Source: a virus
Lineage: Duplodnaviria > Caudoviricetes
Length of the DNA: 25,712 bases
Virus record (IMG/VR): IMGVR_UViG_3300049044_000040
Span: 1 to 25,712 of that record
Reading direction: 5' to 3' (one strand)
Shown: positions 14,986 to 22,302 of the stretch, in pieces
How positions within the stretch are numbered: position 1 is the stretch's first letter
Layout of the letters: each line of letters starts with the position of its first letter
Notes under the pieces: model-generated
Database searches by the model: none
Seen by the model: the letters and a program-made list of their open reading frames with translations, nothing else
What the model was told of the DNA's origin: nothing
Made by a program: the position numbers and the translations under genes

Positions 14986-15013
14986 ACTATAGCAGAAACA
15001 ATTTACTTGTCAA
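14986..15013 (-). promoter_or_regulatory. sigma70-type promoter, leaderless type
   Basis: TTGACA-16-TGcTATAGT, ATG 9 nt downstream. Confidence 0.8.
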
Positions 15014-15025
15014 GGGTAAAAAAAG

Positions 15026-15054
15026 AAAAAAGCCGTCCCCACTCAGGGACGGCT
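15026..15054 (-). terminator. intrinsic terminator
   Basis: AGCCGTCCC..GGGACGGCT stem with A run on the + strand. Confidence 0.8.
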
Positions 15055-15076
15055 CGCACTAGGCAATGAACGCGCA

Positions 15077-15223
15077 CTAGGAAAAATCGTCAGGCAATTC
15101 GGTGCGTGCCTCATACTCTGCCTCAAGTTGAGAATCAGGCGCAAACTCTTCTGGTGTCATTTGGGCAAGCTTACCCTCGGCTGAGTCGTCAAGGTATTCG
15201 AATTGATTATTTGTTGCGTTCAT
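15077..15223 (-). CDS. 48-aa highly acidic protein (MNATNNQFEYLDDSAEG...), not in ORF track
   Basis: Translated by hand: 13 D/E vs 2 K/R; shares the ATGAACGC start; lies between the upstream gene and a terminator. Confidence 0.65.
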   Translation of the reverse strand: MNATNNQFEYLDDSAEGKLAQMTPEEFAPDSQLEAEYEARTELPDDFS

Positions 15224-15407
15224 TGTAACCTGTTTTGTAACCTTTCCAGTATGCTCGCACTAGAGAAACGTCATTTTTAATGCCCAATTGCATTTTTCGT
15301 AAATTGTCTTGACAGAGTGGGTCAGAGTCATTATGTAGCAGTCCTGATTGTCTGCCTGCCCTGTATTCTTTTAGCCATCGAGTGGCAGTAGGTTTTTTTG
15401 CGTTCAT
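15207..15407 (-). CDS. hypothetical protein (MNAK start)
   Basis: ATG 15407, 9 nt from the -10 box. Confidence 0.7.
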   Translation of the reverse strand: MNAKKPTATRWLKEYRAGRQSGLLHNDSDPLCQDNLRKMQLGIKNDVSLVRAYWKGYKTGYNERNK

Positions 15408-15416
15408 GTTGGCCAA

Positions 15417-15445
15417 AATTTAGCAGATAGTTTGTGACGTGTCAA
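15417..15445 (-). promoter_or_regulatory. sigma70-type promoter, leaderless type
   Basis: TTGACA-17-TGcTAAATT, ATG 9 nt downstream. Confidence 0.8.
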
Positions 15446-15515
15446 CAGTTTTTTTCTGAGTTTTTTAGGTGCCCTGTCGTCTTCAATAGTCCAATCAGGG
15501 CAACCTGCTACTGGC

Positions 15516-15911
15516 TTAGGGGTGGATATAGGCAACGAATTCATGTTTTCCGCTCTCCATTTTATACCATGTTACGAGCAGAAAGGTTTTTATTGTGCCA
15601 TCTTTTGACTCAATCTCAAAGTTTTGCGTGCCCTTGTCGCTTAGGGCAGGGAAAGGAATTTGTGCAAACTCCTGGCGTTCAAGTAGTTGCGCCAAGCCAT
15701 TCCAGAAACTAGACCAAGGAAAATAGTTTGGCGTAGTGTAGGCAGACACGGCACGTTTAAGGGTAGCAATGGGGGACGTGTCGCCCAATTGCTGGAGCAT
15801 TCCGCGCATGTCGCGCAGTAGTTCGCGGGTGACGCTTGTCTCGCCTTTGTCAAGGGCTTTAAGGGCCGCATTTGACATGTCTAGTAAAGTCCTGAGTTTT
15901 TCAGTTTTCAT
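15516..15911 (-). CDS. hypothetical protein
   Basis: 131 aa ending LLVTWYKMESGKHEFVAYI. Confidence 0.7.
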   Translation of the reverse strand: MKTEKLRTLLDMSNAALKALDKGETSVTRELLRDMRGMLQQLGDTSPIATLKRAVSAYTTPNYFPWSSFWNGLAQLLERQEFAQIPFPALSDKGTQNFEIESKDGTIKTFLLVTWYKMESGKHEFVAYIHP

Positions 15912-15918
15912 CTTTTTT

Positions 15919-15943
15919 AAAAAGGGGCACGAGTAGTGCCCCC
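15919..15943 (-). terminator. intrinsic terminator
   Basis: GGGGCAC-gagta-GTGCCCC with A run on the + strand. Confidence 0.7.
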
Positions 15944-15976
15944 ACTATTAAGACAATCAGAATTATTCCGAACATA

Positions 15977-16186
15977 CTACGCGGCCAGCATAGCAGGATG
16001 CACCAAAGAGTCAAGGGCCGTTTCTACCCTCTTATACCGTAGGGCATTCTCCGCGTGAATTTGGGCTTGTAAGGCGAGATTGCGAGGAATGACGACACGG
16101 CGCACGTATAGGCGCGTTGCCCTGTCTGGACGGTTCGCGATACGTTGGGCGCGTTGGGCTTGTTTGTATTGTTCTTTTGCGTTCAT
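15977..16186 (-). CDS. basic hypothetical protein (MNAK start)
   Basis: 69-aa Arg-rich ORF. Confidence 0.65.
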   Translation of the reverse strand: MNAKEQYKQAQRAQRIANRPDRATRLYVRRVVIPRNLALQAQIHAENALRYKRVETALDSLVHPAMLAA

Positions 16187-16262
16187 TGTATTTTCCTAGT
16201 TTTTGCGTTGTCTAGCCTTTTGGCTAGTGAAAGGGCAAGCCCCTAAGGGCTGGCCGTGTCCA

Positions 16263-16763
16263 CTAGTCAACCCATCGCAAGTCTTGCGCCTTTATGGTGA
16301 AACATTCGGGCTTTTCGTCTTCGTCGCTCCGTTTCTCAGAACCGAGCAAAAACTGTTCAATGTCCTGATACTTCACCTCTACACCGTTCATGTAGTATTT
16401 TACGCGGATTGCGTCTGTAAGATTGTCAAACGTAGCAGGATACAGGCGCACGTATTCGGTCAAAACTCCATTCTTTGGGGTATGGGTGATAATGAAAGGG
16501 AATTGCGCCCACGTTCCCCAAGGCAAGGGCTGCACTTCCCCACGTTCACCGCTTGCAATGCCATCTTTGACGCTGGCAAGGTTAGCGTAATTGATACCCG
16601 CTCTCACGTAAGCCCTTGTTTCCTTTTCGATTGTGGCAGTGCAGACTTTCAGAGTCTTAACCTTGCGACGCCAGCACAAGCCCTTGTGCGTGCCCTTGTG
16701 CGCCTTTAATGCGTCTACAATGTTTTGCGCTGTCATGCTGATTTGTTCGTTCGTTGCGTTCAT
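16263..16763 (-). CDS. phage hypothetical protein (MNAT start)
   Basis: 166 aa; RAGINYANL...LPWGTW..FPFIITH...YVRLYP. Confidence 0.8.
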   Translation of the reverse strand: MNATNEQISMTAQNIVDALKAHKGTHKGLCWRRKVKTLKVCTATIEKETRAYVRAGINYANLASVKDGIASGERGEVQPLPWGTWAQFPFIITHTPKNGVLTEYVRLYPATFDNLTDAIRVKYYMNGVEVKYQDIEQFLLGSEKRSDEDEKPECFTIKAQDLRWVD

Positions 16764-16911
16764 TTTGTTTTTTGTTTAAGTGTCAAACCTATCGTTGACG
16801 TGTAGAGAATCGGCGAAAATGTTTCTAGAGTCAAGCCCCTTGACAGTATTTTCTTCCCTGATTCACGCATCGGGGAATCCCCTAGACACCAGGACAATTC
16901 CAGGCACTCGT

Positions 16912-16990
16912 TGGCATGGTATCTGCTATGGCAGGAAGCGTGCCAGGTCGTAAGTCGTTGATGTCCAGGAGCTTTCAAATGCCGTGCCAG
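16912..16990. promoter_or_regulatory. cluster of sigma54-like -24/-12 motifs with IHF-like site
   Basis: + TGGCATGGTATCTGCT (16912-27); - CTGGCACGCTTCCTGC (16946-31); - CTGGCACGGCATTTGA (16990-75); - cATCAACGACTTA (16963-51) vs IHF consensus WATCAANNNNTTR. Confidence 0.5.
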
Positions 16991-16999
16991 GTGGCCCCC

Positions 17000-17235
17000 T
17001 AGTTTCTGAAAAAATTTTACGATTTAGGTTGACAAAAGTCGCGGGGGTATCTTTTTTCGCTCGCCCCCAAAAAAACCCAAAATACCAATTGCCTTCGGCC
17101 CGCCCAAAAAGATGAGGGTCGAAAAATCCACGGACGCCTATTTGAAAAAACCAAAATCTAATAGATAAAACCGCCCCGCTAAAAACATGAAGGTCAAAAA
17201 ATCCCCGAGGGTGTTTTTCCCAATTTGAAAAAGGG
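17000..17235. other. non-coding A-tract/C-tract region at the early/late boundary
   Basis: More than 10 runs of A4-A7 interleaved with C/G runs; no credible ORF. Confidence 0.55.
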
Positions 17236-17237
17236 TA

Positions 17238-17246
17238 GTGTAATTA
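17238..17246 (+). promoter_or_regulatory. putative phage late-promoter motif GTGTAATTA
   Basis: ATG 14 nt from the motif start; motif recurs at 4817, 20038, 23265, 25271. Confidence 0.5.
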
Positions 17247-17251
17247 AATAT

Positions 17252-17809
17252 ATGAATAGGCGCACGTTTCTTTCCCTTATCTTAGCCTCCCCTATGGCTG
17301 TGTGCGCGTCTCCAGAATTCCACACTATCCTAACTCCAAAAGAAATCAGAGATACAATGGAGAAGGCGGGCGTCACGAACACTCTCTATACCGTAGTGCG
17401 CGACGAATCTTATATGTGCCCGTCCCTAAACTTTGTCAGGGGCGCGTTTTCCAATGGCTTCCGTTCCTACATGGCCGCTATGGGCATGAATGATTACATC
17501 CTTAATGAGAATGACTGTGACAAGTATTCCAACGCCGCCGTTCACTACATGAATTTCCTTCACCACCAGACTTCAGATAAGAAGCGCGGCACTGGTATAG
17601 CTATTGGTATCTTTGATTATATCAGGGGCAAGGATGTGACGTTCAATGAGTTTGGTAGTCCCCTTACTGTTAACGCGGGCCACTCCATTAACGTTATCAT
17701 CTTGAGACACAATAATGAAATTAAAGTAGTATTCTACGAGCCTCAGACTTATTCTATAGTAGAGCTAACACCAGCGGAAATATGGTCATGCACAAGATGG
17801 TATTTTTAA
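17252..17809 (+). CDS. exported papain/transglutaminase-like Cys protease-fold protein with twin-arginine-like signal
   Basis: MNRRTFLSLILA signal; DCDKYS (Cys), GHSINV (His), FYEPQT motifs. Confidence 0.6.
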   Translation: MNRRTFLSLILASPMAVCASPEFHTILTPKEIRDTMEKAGVTNTLYTVVRDESYMCPSLNFVRGAFSNGFRSYMAAMGMNDYILNENDCDKYSNAAVHYMNFLHHQTSDKKRGTGIAIGIFDYIRGKDVTFNEFGSPLTVNAGHSINVIILRHNNEIKVVFYEPQTYSIVELTPAEIWSCTRWYF

Positions 17810-17925
17810 TTTTAATGCTTTTAGTCTTAGTGGGATGCGCGACACCTGTCAAACGTTCCATTGAGATTGAACAACCACCTGTTGAATATTCAATCCAACA
17901 TGAAAAAAAAGGATACTTCTCCTAG
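17788..17925 (+). CDS. small lipoprotein (45 aa), not in ORF track
   Basis: MHKMVFLILMLLVLVG-CATP lipobox; overlaps both neighbours. Confidence 0.5.
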   Translation: MHKMVFLILMLLVLVGCATPVKRSIEIEQPPVEYSIQHEKKGYFS

Positions 17926-18634
17926 AATCCCCCAAAGGGACAAGTTAAAAGGTAAGCTTGAGTTAAAACCTTTCAATTGGACAGACAAACAGAAAGAACT
18001 GATTAAGCTGGCCCTAGATAAAGAAACGAAAGTCATCTTCATTGAAGGCCCTGCTGGTTCGGCCAAGACTGTTCTAGCTACCTACTGTGCTCTGGAACTT
18101 CTTAACAATAAGAATGTAGCAGAAATCATGTATCTACGTAGCGCGGTCGAATCTGCTGATACCAAATTAGGATACCTACCAGGAGAATTAGATGATAAAA
18201 TCTACTACTACGGCGTGCCCTTCTTGGATAAGCTGGATGAACTTCTAACGAAGCCTCAAATCGACGGTCTGATTAATGAAGAACGCGTGCAAGTGTTCCC
18301 AATTAACTACATCAGAGGTCAATCGTGGGCCGCTAAAGCCATTATTGTGGACGAAGCGCAGAACCTTACTCAAAAGGAACTAGTTACTACTCTTACTCGT
18401 ATCGGCGAACGCTCCAAGTGCTTCGTATTGGCAGACCCTATGCAGTCTGACATTAATGGGAAGTCGGGCGCATTTACGCGCCTCGTGGAATTGTTCAATG
18501 ATGAAGAAGCGGCCCGCCAAGGGATTCGTTACTTCAAATTTGAAGAGGCCGACATTATGAGGTCTGGATTGTGCAGATTCCTAGTCCACCGTCTTAGCTT
18601 CCTCCCAAAACAAAGTGACTCAAAGGGGCACTAA
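17900..18634 (+). CDS. phoH: PhoH-family ATPase
   Basis: GPAGSAKT, RSAVE..LGYLPGELDDK, YIRGQSW, IIVDEAQN, LTRIGE, DPMQSD, DIMRS. Confidence 0.93.
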   Translation: MKKKDTSPRIPQRDKLKGKLELKPFNWTDKQKELIKLALDKETKVIFIEGPAGSAKTVLATYCALELLNNKNVAEIMYLRSAVESADTKLGYLPGELDDKIYYYGVPFLDKLDELLTKPQIDGLINEERVQVFPINYIRGQSWAAKAIIVDEAQNLTQKELVTTLTRIGERSKCFVLADPMQSDINGKSGAFTRLVELFNDEEAARQGIRYFKFEEADIMRSGLCRFLVHRLSFLPKQSDSKGH

Positions 18635-19043
18635 GATGGGTTAGAAGCTTGTCCGTAGGATATAGTTTCACTTCATTGTTCTTAACAAAGAGAACATATT
18701 TAATCTCAGGGCTGTATTGCGACTTACAAAACGCAATACAGTCTATTAGTTTACGGAACACTACGAAGTCGATGCAGTAGGCGTTGAAGTCGGGCGCAGA
18801 TTCTTGGAAGTAATATCTCTTTAAGGTTTTGGTCGGATTTTTTTCGTCTTCAACTCTAACTTTATTGAAGAGGGCACAGATAGTCGCATCTGAATATACC
18901 CAACCCTTATAGCGATTAACAAAATCAATGGCGAAGTCTTTTTTCTCATTCCAATTCTCCTTCGTAATAATAAATTCGCTTTCAGGGTGGTGACGAATTA
19001 GGAGGTCTTGGCATCGAACGAAGAATTCGATTTTTTCCTCCAT
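18594..19043 (-). CDS. hypothetical protein
   Basis: MEEKIEFF... ATG directly after the glycosyltransferase stop. Confidence 0.65.
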   Translation of the reverse strand: MEEKIEFFVRCQDLLIRHHPESEFIITKENWNEKKDFAIDFVNRYKGWVYSDATICALFNKVRVEDEKNPTKTLKRYYFQESAPDFNAYCIDFVVFRKLIDCIAFCKSQYSPEIKYVLFVKNNEVKLYPTDKLLTHLSAPLSHFVLGGS

Positions 19044-19044
19044 G

Positions 19045-20016
19045 CTAAGTGACTGCCACTGGCGCAACATCATAATACTTCTCTTCTTCAATAAACAAGC
19101 CGCTCGCTGGCTTCCTAATCTCACGCCATTGGTCTTCGAACATCTTCCCTACGGTGCCCATTCTGTTCTTGTAACAGCATTGAGTTAAGTTGTAGATAGC
19201 CTCGGCCCGCCAAGGACACAACTCGTGCGCCTTCATGTAATGATAGATACACGCCACATCACCTTCTTCGTCCAACATTTGACCGATTTGGTAGTGACAA
19301 TAGTAACTTTCTTCAATCCAGCCCTCCAACCACTTAAGGCGAGTATCATAGAACATTTTCGCTTCCTTCTTTTCCCCAAGGGCCTGAAGTGATTGCGCGA
19401 TAAAAAAGAAGTAACGGTTACGTAGTAAATCCGAAAGGTTTAGATTTGTTTCTAGTTCTTTTTTCATCAGAACTATATCGTTCTCGAACTTCTGATTGGT
19501 CTTGCGCCTGTGACTGTCATTGATTTGCTCGATACGGAACGCGTTTACCGAGCCAGAGGGTAGATTTTTTCTATCCAAGTATTCGTGCGTGACACCCACG
19601 TATTCGAAACCTGCATCGTTGATGGTAAGGCGCGGCAAGTGATACTCTAACATGCCCGCCTTCATGGGCACATCGTAAATCGCAATTGGGTTCGCCCACA
19701 ATTCTGCTTTTAACTTCTCTGCGCTAAAATCAGGATTACAAACGAGCACTTCATCTGCATCTATCATTAAGACGTGCGTAATGTCCTTTTCATTCGAACA
19801 ATATTGAAGAAGTTTTGTGCGGTTCGTGCCGAAGTCTTTGAACTCTTCGAAGTAAATCTTAAACGGAATCTTAGCCTTCTGCAAAAAGAAGCCCGCCTTG
19901 ACGATAGTATCATCGGTTGAACCAGTATCCGTTATGACGCATAAATCACAAATATGCGCTATAGACGATAAACATCTTTCAATGATGGCCGACTCATTCT
20001 TAACCATCACACACAC
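19045..20016 (-). CDS. GT2-family glycosyltransferase with C-terminal TPR-like helices
   Basis: MVKNES..IERCL, DTGSTDDT, DFGTNR, IDADE (DxD), YVGVTHE; TPR-like C-terminus; start codon uncertain. Confidence 0.88.
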   Translation of the reverse strand: MCVMVKNESAIIERCLSSIAHICDLCVITDTGSTDDTIVKAGFFLQKAKIPFKIYFEEFKDFGTNRTKLLQYCSNEKDITHVLMIDADEVLVCNPDFSAEKLKAELWANPIAIYDVPMKAGMLEYHLPRLTINDAGFEYVGVTHEYLDRKNLPSGSVNAFRIEQINDSHRRKTNQKFENDIVLMKKELETNLNLSDLLRNRYFFFIAQSLQALGEKKEAKMFYDTRLKWLEGWIEESYYCHYQIGQMLDEEGDVACIYHYMKAHELCPWRAEAIYNLTQCCYKNRMGTVGKMFEDQWREIRKPASGLFIEEEKYYDVAPVAVT

Positions 20017-20065
20017 ATAGTAATTTATTGTAATTGCGTGTAATGGCTCTTTATAATAAAACGTT

Positions 20066-20515
20066 ATGAGTAAATTCTGTCACAACTGCGGCAAGCCACA
20101 ATCAACATCGGGTGCAAAATTTTGCGCCCACTGTGGCACTAATCTTTTGTCACTAAGCGCGGCCCCACCAACAGCAGCGCAGCCCGCCCCTATTCCTACC
20201 TTTACTCCATTCACCGTAGGGGGAGGCGATGACGCTCCTGAAGAAATCGACAGCGAGGGTTATTGGGCCAAGGTGCGTGCGCTTCGCCGCCAAATGTCAG
20301 GCTTTGATGTAGAAATTAGCAAGCCACAAAATGCGGGCGCAGATAAATTAGGTATCATCGCACAGACCATGCCGCCAGAACTAATCGCCGCCCAATCGCG
20401 TGGCGAAGGCCCATTCGCAAATTTAACTCCTGAACAAGCTAAAAAGCAGTTCGCAGAAGAGGCAGGGAGCAGGGTAAATAACACGAGAAGTCACTCGATT
20501 AACGTTGATGAATAA
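20066..20515 (+). CDS. zinc-ribbon domain protein
   Basis: FCHNCGK...KFCAHCG N-terminus. Confidence 0.75.
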   Translation: MSKFCHNCGKPQSTSGAKFCAHCGTNLLSLSAAPPTAAQPAPIPTFTPFTVGGGDDAPEEIDSEGYWAKVRALRRQMSGFDVEISKPQNAGADKLGIIAQTMPPELIAAQSRGEGPFANLTPEQAKKQFAEEAGSRVNNTRSHSINVDE

Positions 20516-21194
20516 ACAAAAGAAGCCACACTATAATGATTATAAAACCGTTATTGATGCAGAAATCGCCAAGAGACGATATAAGTGGAACCTGAATTCT
20601 CTCGCTTGGATGGATTTCGATGATGTGGCGCAGATTATCCGCATCCACATCTTTAATAAATGGGCACAATACGACCCTGCTAGGCCAATCCAGCCTTGGC
20701 TTAATGCCGTCATTTCTTCACAGATTAAGAACCTGATTAGGAATAACTATGGGAATTATGCTAGGCCATGCCTTAGATGCGATGCGGCGGAAGATAATGA
20801 TGGGTGCAAAATCTACAAGAAACAGTGCGAATCCTGTCCCCTCTTTGCAGATTGGCAAAAGCGAAAGCTGCCCGCCCACAATATTAAACTTCCAGTCTCT
20901 ATTGAAAATCATTCCAACGAAGTCCACTCTATCTCGGACGAGAACCAAGACATTTCGCCACACATCGAAAAAATCCACGCTAAGATGAGGGAAATCCTCA
21001 AACCTATTGAATATAAAGTCTACGAAGGACTCTATATCTTACATGAGGATGAGTCGAAAGTGGCCGCTAAATTAGGTTACATTTCCAACGAAAGGGGTCG
21101 CCAACCAGGGTATAAGCAAATCAAAAACATTCGTAAGTCCATCATAATCAAGATAAAACGGTGTATAACGAACGGGGAGATAGATATATTTTAA
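20508..21194 (+). CDS. phage sigma-factor-like protein with inserted Cys cluster
   Basis: DFDDVAQIIRIHIFNKWAQYDPARPIQPWLNAVISSQIKNLIR (region 2-like), CLRC...C...CESC, C-terminal HTH-like ESKVAAKLGY. Confidence 0.7.
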   Translation: MNKQKKPHYNDYKTVIDAEIAKRRYKWNLNSLAWMDFDDVAQIIRIHIFNKWAQYDPARPIQPWLNAVISSQIKNLIRNNYGNYARPCLRCDAAEDNDGCKIYKKQCESCPLFADWQKRKLPAHNIKLPVSIENHSNEVHSISDENQDISPHIEKIHAKMREILKPIEYKVYEGLYILHEDESKVAAKLGYISNERGRQPGYKQIKNIRKSIIIKIKRCITNGEIDIF

Positions 21195-21210
21195 TATAAT
21201 TTAATATATT

Positions 21211-22302
21211 ATGAGCGAAAAGATAGAGCTATCATCTGAGCAGCAGCAGGCCGTTTTGGACTTCTGGAATAAGAACCCAAGCGAGCCGCCGAACATTAAG
21301 GACATAATCACGCATGTCTTTGGTGAGGGCTTTGATGGGCGCACCGCTGAAGGTAAGGCAGTCATGGCCTTTCTTGCTTCCCGCAACCTCGCTTTCGAAA
21401 CTAAATCCAAGTATAAGCCAATCCAGATAGAACTATCAGAGGCGCACAAGGACTACATTAAGAATAATGCTGGCACAATGGGGCCAGTAGACATGGCACG
21501 TATCATTTTCAGTAACCCCGCCCTTAGTAATCTCAATGCAGAAACCCGCGCCGTAAATGAGTATCTTAAAAGTTTAGGAGATACTGTTACCATCGCCGCC
21601 GACCTTGGAGAAGTGCCCGCTGGTGACTATAAGCCCCCTCAGACTGTTTTCAAGTGTGTTCAGAAAGTAAACAACCACATTAATGGCAGGCTAAACCCAA
21701 ACAACCTTTCGGCCCGCGAGAAAAAGGGCATCGAATCCCTCATTAACTACCTTCACAACAAGAGAGTTATCCGCCAGATTAACCAGTATAATAACGAAAG
21801 CGACCGCGCATCTTTCGAAGACGCTTTCATTCGTTATACCTATAATAAACCAGAACTCTCAGAAGAAGAAGTAGACCAATACTGTGTATTGGCCAACGAA
21901 GTTGTAATCGGCTTTAAGGCCCAACGCCGCAGCGAGCGTTTGCAGGAAATGCTTGAGGAAGTAACTCAGACCGACCCTGAAAGTGCCAAGATTGCCATGT
22001 CCCTCGTCGAAGCTATTGGTAAAGCTACGACCGAATTGAATTTGTGTGTCTCGCGCCAACAGAAGTTACTAGATGACTTGACCGAAAAGCGTTCCGATAA
22101 GTTGTCCAAGCAAATCAAGGATAATGCGTCCGTGCTGAATATTTTCCGCGCATGGAAAGAAGAAGAGACTCGCAAAGAATGGCTCAAGCTGGCCGAAATC
22201 GAAGAGAAGGCCCTCGACAAGGAAGTGGAGAAGATTACTTCAATGGACGAAATCAAGTCTAAAGTCTTGGGTCTAACCAAGGCAGAGGCATTGTATGGAT
22301 AA
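21211..22302 (+). CDS. helical/coiled-coil protein in the packaging neighbourhood
   Basis: 363-aa ORF with coiled-coil C-terminus; upstream of the nuclease and terminase. Confidence 0.75.
   Translation: MSEKIELSSEQQQAVLDFWNKNPSEPPNIKDIITHVFGEGFDGRTAEGKAVMAFLASRNLAFETKSKYKPIQIELSEAHKDYIKNNAGTMGPVDMARIIFSNPALSNLNAETRAVNEYLKSLGDTVTIAADLGEVPAGDYKPPQTVFKCVQKVNNHINGRLNPNNLSAREKKGIESLINYLHNKRVIRQINQYNNESDRASFEDAFIRYTYNKPELSEEEVDQYCVLANEVVIGFKAQRRSERLQEMLEEVTQTDPESAKIAMSLVEAIGKATTELNLCVSRQQKLLDDLTEKRSDKLSKQIKDNASVLNIFRAWKEEETRKEWLKLAEIEEKALDKEVEKITSMDEIKSKVLGLTKAEALYG

Noticed and set aside
16203-16709. 168-aa plus-strand ORF
   Set aside because: Antisense to 16263-16763, which fits the MNA-start minus-strand array
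16760-16978. 72-aa minus-strand ORF across the hinge
   Set aside because: Atypical composition; overlaps regulatory motifs; more likely non-coding
20005-20019. (TG)n tract at the glycosyltransferase start as a phase-variation switch
   Set aside because: Tract is only about 5 units, and an in-frame GTG (20016) and ATG (20007) already give an intact protein
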